A stretch of 59,093 nucleotides of DNA from Actinomycetota bacterium (GTDB lineage: Bacteria; Actinomycetota; Acidimicrobiia; IMCC26256; VFJJ01): the NCBI GenBank assembly GCA_009886115.1, contig VFJJ01000142.1:1-59093 (forward strand). Direction: 5' to 3'. Shown here piece after piece: positions 55,969 through 59,093 of this stretch (positions are counted from its first letter, which is position 1; each line of letters opens with the position of its first letter). Below the pieces are notes generated by a model that ran no database searches, was not told the origin of the DNA, and saw only the letters and a list, made by a program, of their open reading frames with translations. Made by a program: the position numbers and the translations under genes.

Positions 55969-57468
55969 TCAACCGGCGACGATGCGTTCGACGATGAGGG
56001 TTCGCTGGATCTGACCCGTTGCCGCTGTGCGCGGGAAGGCGTCGACGATCTCCAGTCGGCGCGGGTGCTTGTACGACGCCAGGTGGGGCGCGCAATGAGC
56101 CCGCAGCTCCTCGAGCGTCGGCGTTGTGTGACCGGCTCGGGCCACGACGACGGCGCACACGACCTCGCCCCACGTCGCGTCGGGGATGCCGACCACAGCG
56201 ACGTCGGCGACCGCGGGGTGCGAGGCCAGCACGCTCTCGATCTCGGGGGGCGCGACCCACTCGCCGGCGCTGCGGATCAGATCGCGCGCCCGTCCGACGA
56301 TCGACAGGTAGCCCTCGTCGTCGAAGACCCCCCGGTCGCCGGTCTGGTACCAGCCGTCGACGAGCGCGGCGGCCGTCGCCTCCTCGTTGTCGAAGTACCC
56401 GTCGAACAGGAACACGTTGCGGATCTGCACCTCGCCGGTCTCGGAGAGCCTGACCTCGACGCCCGGCTGAGGGAGCCCGCAGCTGCCCGGCTTGCGTTCG
56501 AGATCGGTGTGGGCGAGCTGGGTACCTGAGCCGGCCTCGGTGCTGCCGTAGAACACGCGGGTTCGGGTGTGGGGCAGCGCGTCGCGCATCGCGCTCAGCA
56601 GTTCGGGCGGCGTGGCCGAGGTCCCCGTGTCGGCGAAGACCAGTGACGACAAGGCCTGGCGGCGCTCGGCCGGAGCGTCGTTGAGGGCGTCGAGGATCCG
56701 TCGCCACACCGCGGGGATGCAGTAGAGCCGCTCGGGACGGGTGTCGCGGCAGGCGTCGAGGAGGTTGTCGGCGGTGGGGTCGGGCACGAACGTGATCGGC
56801 GAGCGGGTCTGCCAGCAACCGAGCGCGATCGACCAGCCCGACATGTGGAACAGCGGGAACATGCAGACCGTCCCGGCCCGCTCGTCGAGGATGGCGCCAC
56901 CGAACGACCGGAGCCAGTTGGCCCGGTGCGACAGGATCACCCCCTTGGGGCGCCCGGTGCTGCCGCTCGTGAAGAAGATCACGTGCGGATCGCCGGAGCG
57001 CAGGCGGGGTTCGAGCACGTCGGAGTCGGCGCTGCCGAGGCTGGCATCGCACAGCGAGGCGCCAGGCCCGGAAGCTCCGGCGCCCATACAGGCCAAGGCA
57101 ATCCCGAGCGTGGTCGCCATCGATTCGCCCTCGGCGGCGTGAACTGCGTCGACCACGAGCAGCCGGGGCCGTGCATACTCGACGATCGCTCGGGCCTCAT
57201 CCCCCGAGAGCCGGGCGTTGACTGGGGCGTAGACGGCGCCGAGCTTGGCGCAGGCTGCGAACAGCGGGAGGGCGTCGAGCGACGTCTCGTTCCAGACGAC
57301 AACCCGATCGCCGAGCCCGATCCCCATACCCCGCAAGGCACTGGCGTGACGGTTCGCGTCGCGGTCGAGCTCCGAGAACGTGAGGACACGCTCTCCCAGA
57401 CGCGCGGCCTCTCGCGTGGGCGCCGCTCGCGCCGCGTTGCGGAACACGTCGCCGATCAGGGTCTCCAT
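55969..57468 (-). CDS. Acyl-CoA synthetase (AMP-binding)
   Basis: FTSGSTGRPKG, FYGSTE, WYQTGD, YKHPR; GAGGAG RBS. Confidence 0.92.
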   Translation of the reverse strand: METLIGDVFRNAARAAPTREAARLGERVLTFSELDRDANRHASALRGMGIGLGDRVVVWNETSLDALPLFAACAKLGAVYAPVNARLSGDEARAIVEYARPRLLVVDAVHAAEGESMATTLGIALACMGAGASGPGASLCDASLGSADSDVLEPRLRSGDPHVIFFTSGSTGRPKGVILSHRANWLRSFGGAILDERAGTVCMFPLFHMSGWSIALGCWQTRSPITFVPDPTADNLLDACRDTRPERLYCIPAVWRRILDALNDAPAERRQALSSLVFADTGTSATPPELLSAMRDALPHTRTRVFYGSTEAGSGTQLAHTDLERKPGSCGLPQPGVEVRLSETGEVQIRNVFLFDGYFDNEEATAAALVDGWYQTGDRGVFDDEGYLSIVGRARDLIRSAGEWVAPPEIESVLASHPAVADVAVVGIPDATWGEVVCAVVVARAGHTTPTLEELRAHCAPHLASYKHPRRLEIVDAFPRTAATGQIQRTLIVERIVAG

Positions 57469-57569
57469 CGAATCTCGCTCCTCGCCGGTCGGCCGGTCGG
57501 CCAGTCGGCCGCGAGAACCCAGCGTGTCATCTCAGCAGCCGAGGGCGCTCGTGTAGCAAGATCGGGAAC

Positions 57570-59093
57570 ATGACCGCACTGCCCAAGGCCGGCCCGTTCG
57601 CCCAGGCGCGACTGCGACCCGACGCCGCCGCGTTGATCAACGGCGAGGTCACGATCAGCTACGCCCGGTTCGACGACGATGCTCGTCGAGCCTCGTTCGC
57701 CTTGCACGCCTTGGGTGTACGGCGCGGTGACCGTGTCGCCATCATGCTGCGGAACTGTCCCGAGTGGTTCGTGGCTGCACATGCCTGCGGGCGTCTCGGG
57801 GCGACGGTCGTCCCGATCAACTGGCACTTCAAGGCCTACGAGGCGGGCTGGCTCGTGACCGACTCCGAGTCGAAGGTTGTGGTGACAGCGGTGGAGTTCG
57901 AGCCGGCGCTGGTCGACTGCCCCGACGTGCCTCGGCTGCTGGTCGGCTCCACCTGGGAGCAGGAGCTGACTGGGGCACCCGCCGCTGGGGAGGTCGATCC
58001 GCCCGAGACGATGGGCGACGCATGGCCGGCGTCGATGTCGTACACCTCGGGCACGACCGGTCGGCCCAAGGGCGTGGCGATCCACCGGGGCGACTTCCGC
58101 ATCAACGCCGAGGGCGTCGCTGGTGCCGGAGACCGGTGGGGGCTGGGTCCGGGTGCGAGGCATCTCCTGGTGGGTCCGGCCTACCACGCCGGTCCGGGGT
58201 TCTGGGCCCAGATGCACCTGGCGTTCGGCGGGACGATCGTCATCATGGACAGGTGGGACCCGATCCGCTGGCTGGCCTTGGTCGAGCAGCACCGCATCAC
58301 CAACTCGCACATGGTCCCGGCGAACTTCATCCGGCTCCTCGAGGTGCCAGAGGCCGAGCGCTCCCGGTACGACCTGTCGTCGCTCACGATGATCGTGCAC
58401 GCGGCGGCCCCCTGCCCCGTCCCGGTGAAGCGGGCCATCATGGACTGGGTCGGCGCCGACAAGGTCTTCGAGTACTACGGAGCCTCAGAGGGTGGCGGCA
58501 CGACCATCACCCCGCAGGAGTGGCTCGAGCACCCGGGCAGCGTCGGACGCCCCATGGACGGCACCGAGGTCCGAGCCGTCGACGACGACGGACGGGTGCT
58601 GCCGGCTGGTGAGGTGGGCACGATCTACGTGCGCCTCGCCACCGGGGGCTTCGACTACCACAACGATCCCGACAAGACGGCGGCGGCGCGCCGGTCGATC
58701 GACGGCGTCGACGGCTGGTTCACGGTCGGCGACATCGGCCATCTCGATGCCGACGGCTACCTCTACATCACCGATCGCAAGAGCGACATGGTGATCTCGG
58801 GCGGCGTGAACATCTACCCCCGCGAGATCGAGGACTGCCTCTACCGACACCCCTCGGTCGCCGACTGCGTCGTGTTCGGCGCACCCGAGCCCGCCTGGGG
58901 CGAGCAGATCGTGGCTGTCGTCCAGCCCCGGGCGGGAACCCATCCAACGTCCGACGAGCTCATCGCCTGGGTGCGCTCGCAGCTCGCCGACTACAAGCGC
59001 CCCCGCATCGTGGAGCTCGTCGACGAGCTCGCCCGCGACGACAACGGCAAGATCAGAAAGCCCGTCTTCCGCCGCGAGTGGCTCGTTGCCCAC
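57570..59093 (+). CDS. Acyl-CoA synthetase (AMP-binding), stop codon beyond the window edge
   Basis: Missing from the ORF track; my translation from ATG 57570 gives YTSGTTGRPKG, EYYGASE, WFTVGDIG, SGGVNIYPREIE, YKRPR, GKIRK. Confidence 0.92.
   Translation, partial: MTALPKAGPFAQARLRPDAAALINGEVTISYARFDDDARRASFALHALGVRRGDRVAIMLRNCPEWFVAAHACGRLGATVVPINWHFKAYEAGWLVTDSESKVVVTAVEFEPALVDCPDVPRLLVGSTWEQELTGAPAAGEVDPPETMGDAWPASMSYTSGTTGRPKGVAIHRGDFRINAEGVAGAGDRWGLGPGARHLLVGPAYHAGPGFWAQMHLAFGGTIVIMDRWDPIRWLALVEQHRITNSHMVPANFIRLLEVPEAERSRYDLSSLTMIVHAAAPCPVPVKRAIMDWVGADKVFEYYGASEGGGTTITPQEWLEHPGSVGRPMDGTEVRAVDDDGRVLPAGEVGTIYVRLATGGFDYHNDPDKTAAARRSIDGVDGWFTVGDIGHLDADGYLYITDRKSDMVISGGVNIYPREIEDCLYRHPSVADCVVFGAPEPAWGEQIVAVVQPRAGTHPTSDELIAWVRSQLADYKRPRIVELVDELARDDNGKIRKPVFRREWLVAH

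Noticed and set aside
1..59093. Many long alternative-frame and antisense ORFs (e.g. 5221-7386, 11929-13815, 32101-34851, 39875-41857)
   Set aside because: Arg/Pro/Gly-rich or shadow translations of clear genes, as expected at high GC; no family motifs

Overview
High-GC (about 70% by eye) bacterial chromosome segment. The gene set (F420/LLM oxidoreductases, actinobacterial-type HelD, DUF2510 protein, Ltp-type thiolases with DUF35 partners, many SDRs and acyl-CoA ligases, lipoproteins with Cys-polyAsp starts) suggests an actinobacterium, probably Acidimicrobiia; this is inference. About 57 apparently intact CDS, mostly lipid/steroid/aromatic acyl-CoA catabolism. Also present: a small glycan-modification cluster (3-8 kb), a peptide-type ABC importer lacking an ATPase, a TetR-linked four-subunit 2-oxoacid:ferredoxin oxidoreductase divergent from a PaaK-like ligase pair, and a GAF-GGDEF gene. 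I saw no rRNA, tRNA, CRISPR array or intact mobile element. Most notable: (1) an intact Cre-like tyrosine recombinase lacking its catalytic Lys, His and Tyr; (2) a PhyH-fold Fe/2OG enzyme with the HxG motif typical of halogenases; (3) an Ltp2-like aldolase with both catalytic Tyr replaced by Phe; (4) four dispersed intergenic palindromes (37-bp core) with compensatory covariation; (5) a roughly 2 kb mosaic of 4-5 deletion-fused gene remnants; (6) a kinase-methyltransferase fusion among glycosyltransferases. All family calls come from motif recognition by eye; no searches were run.
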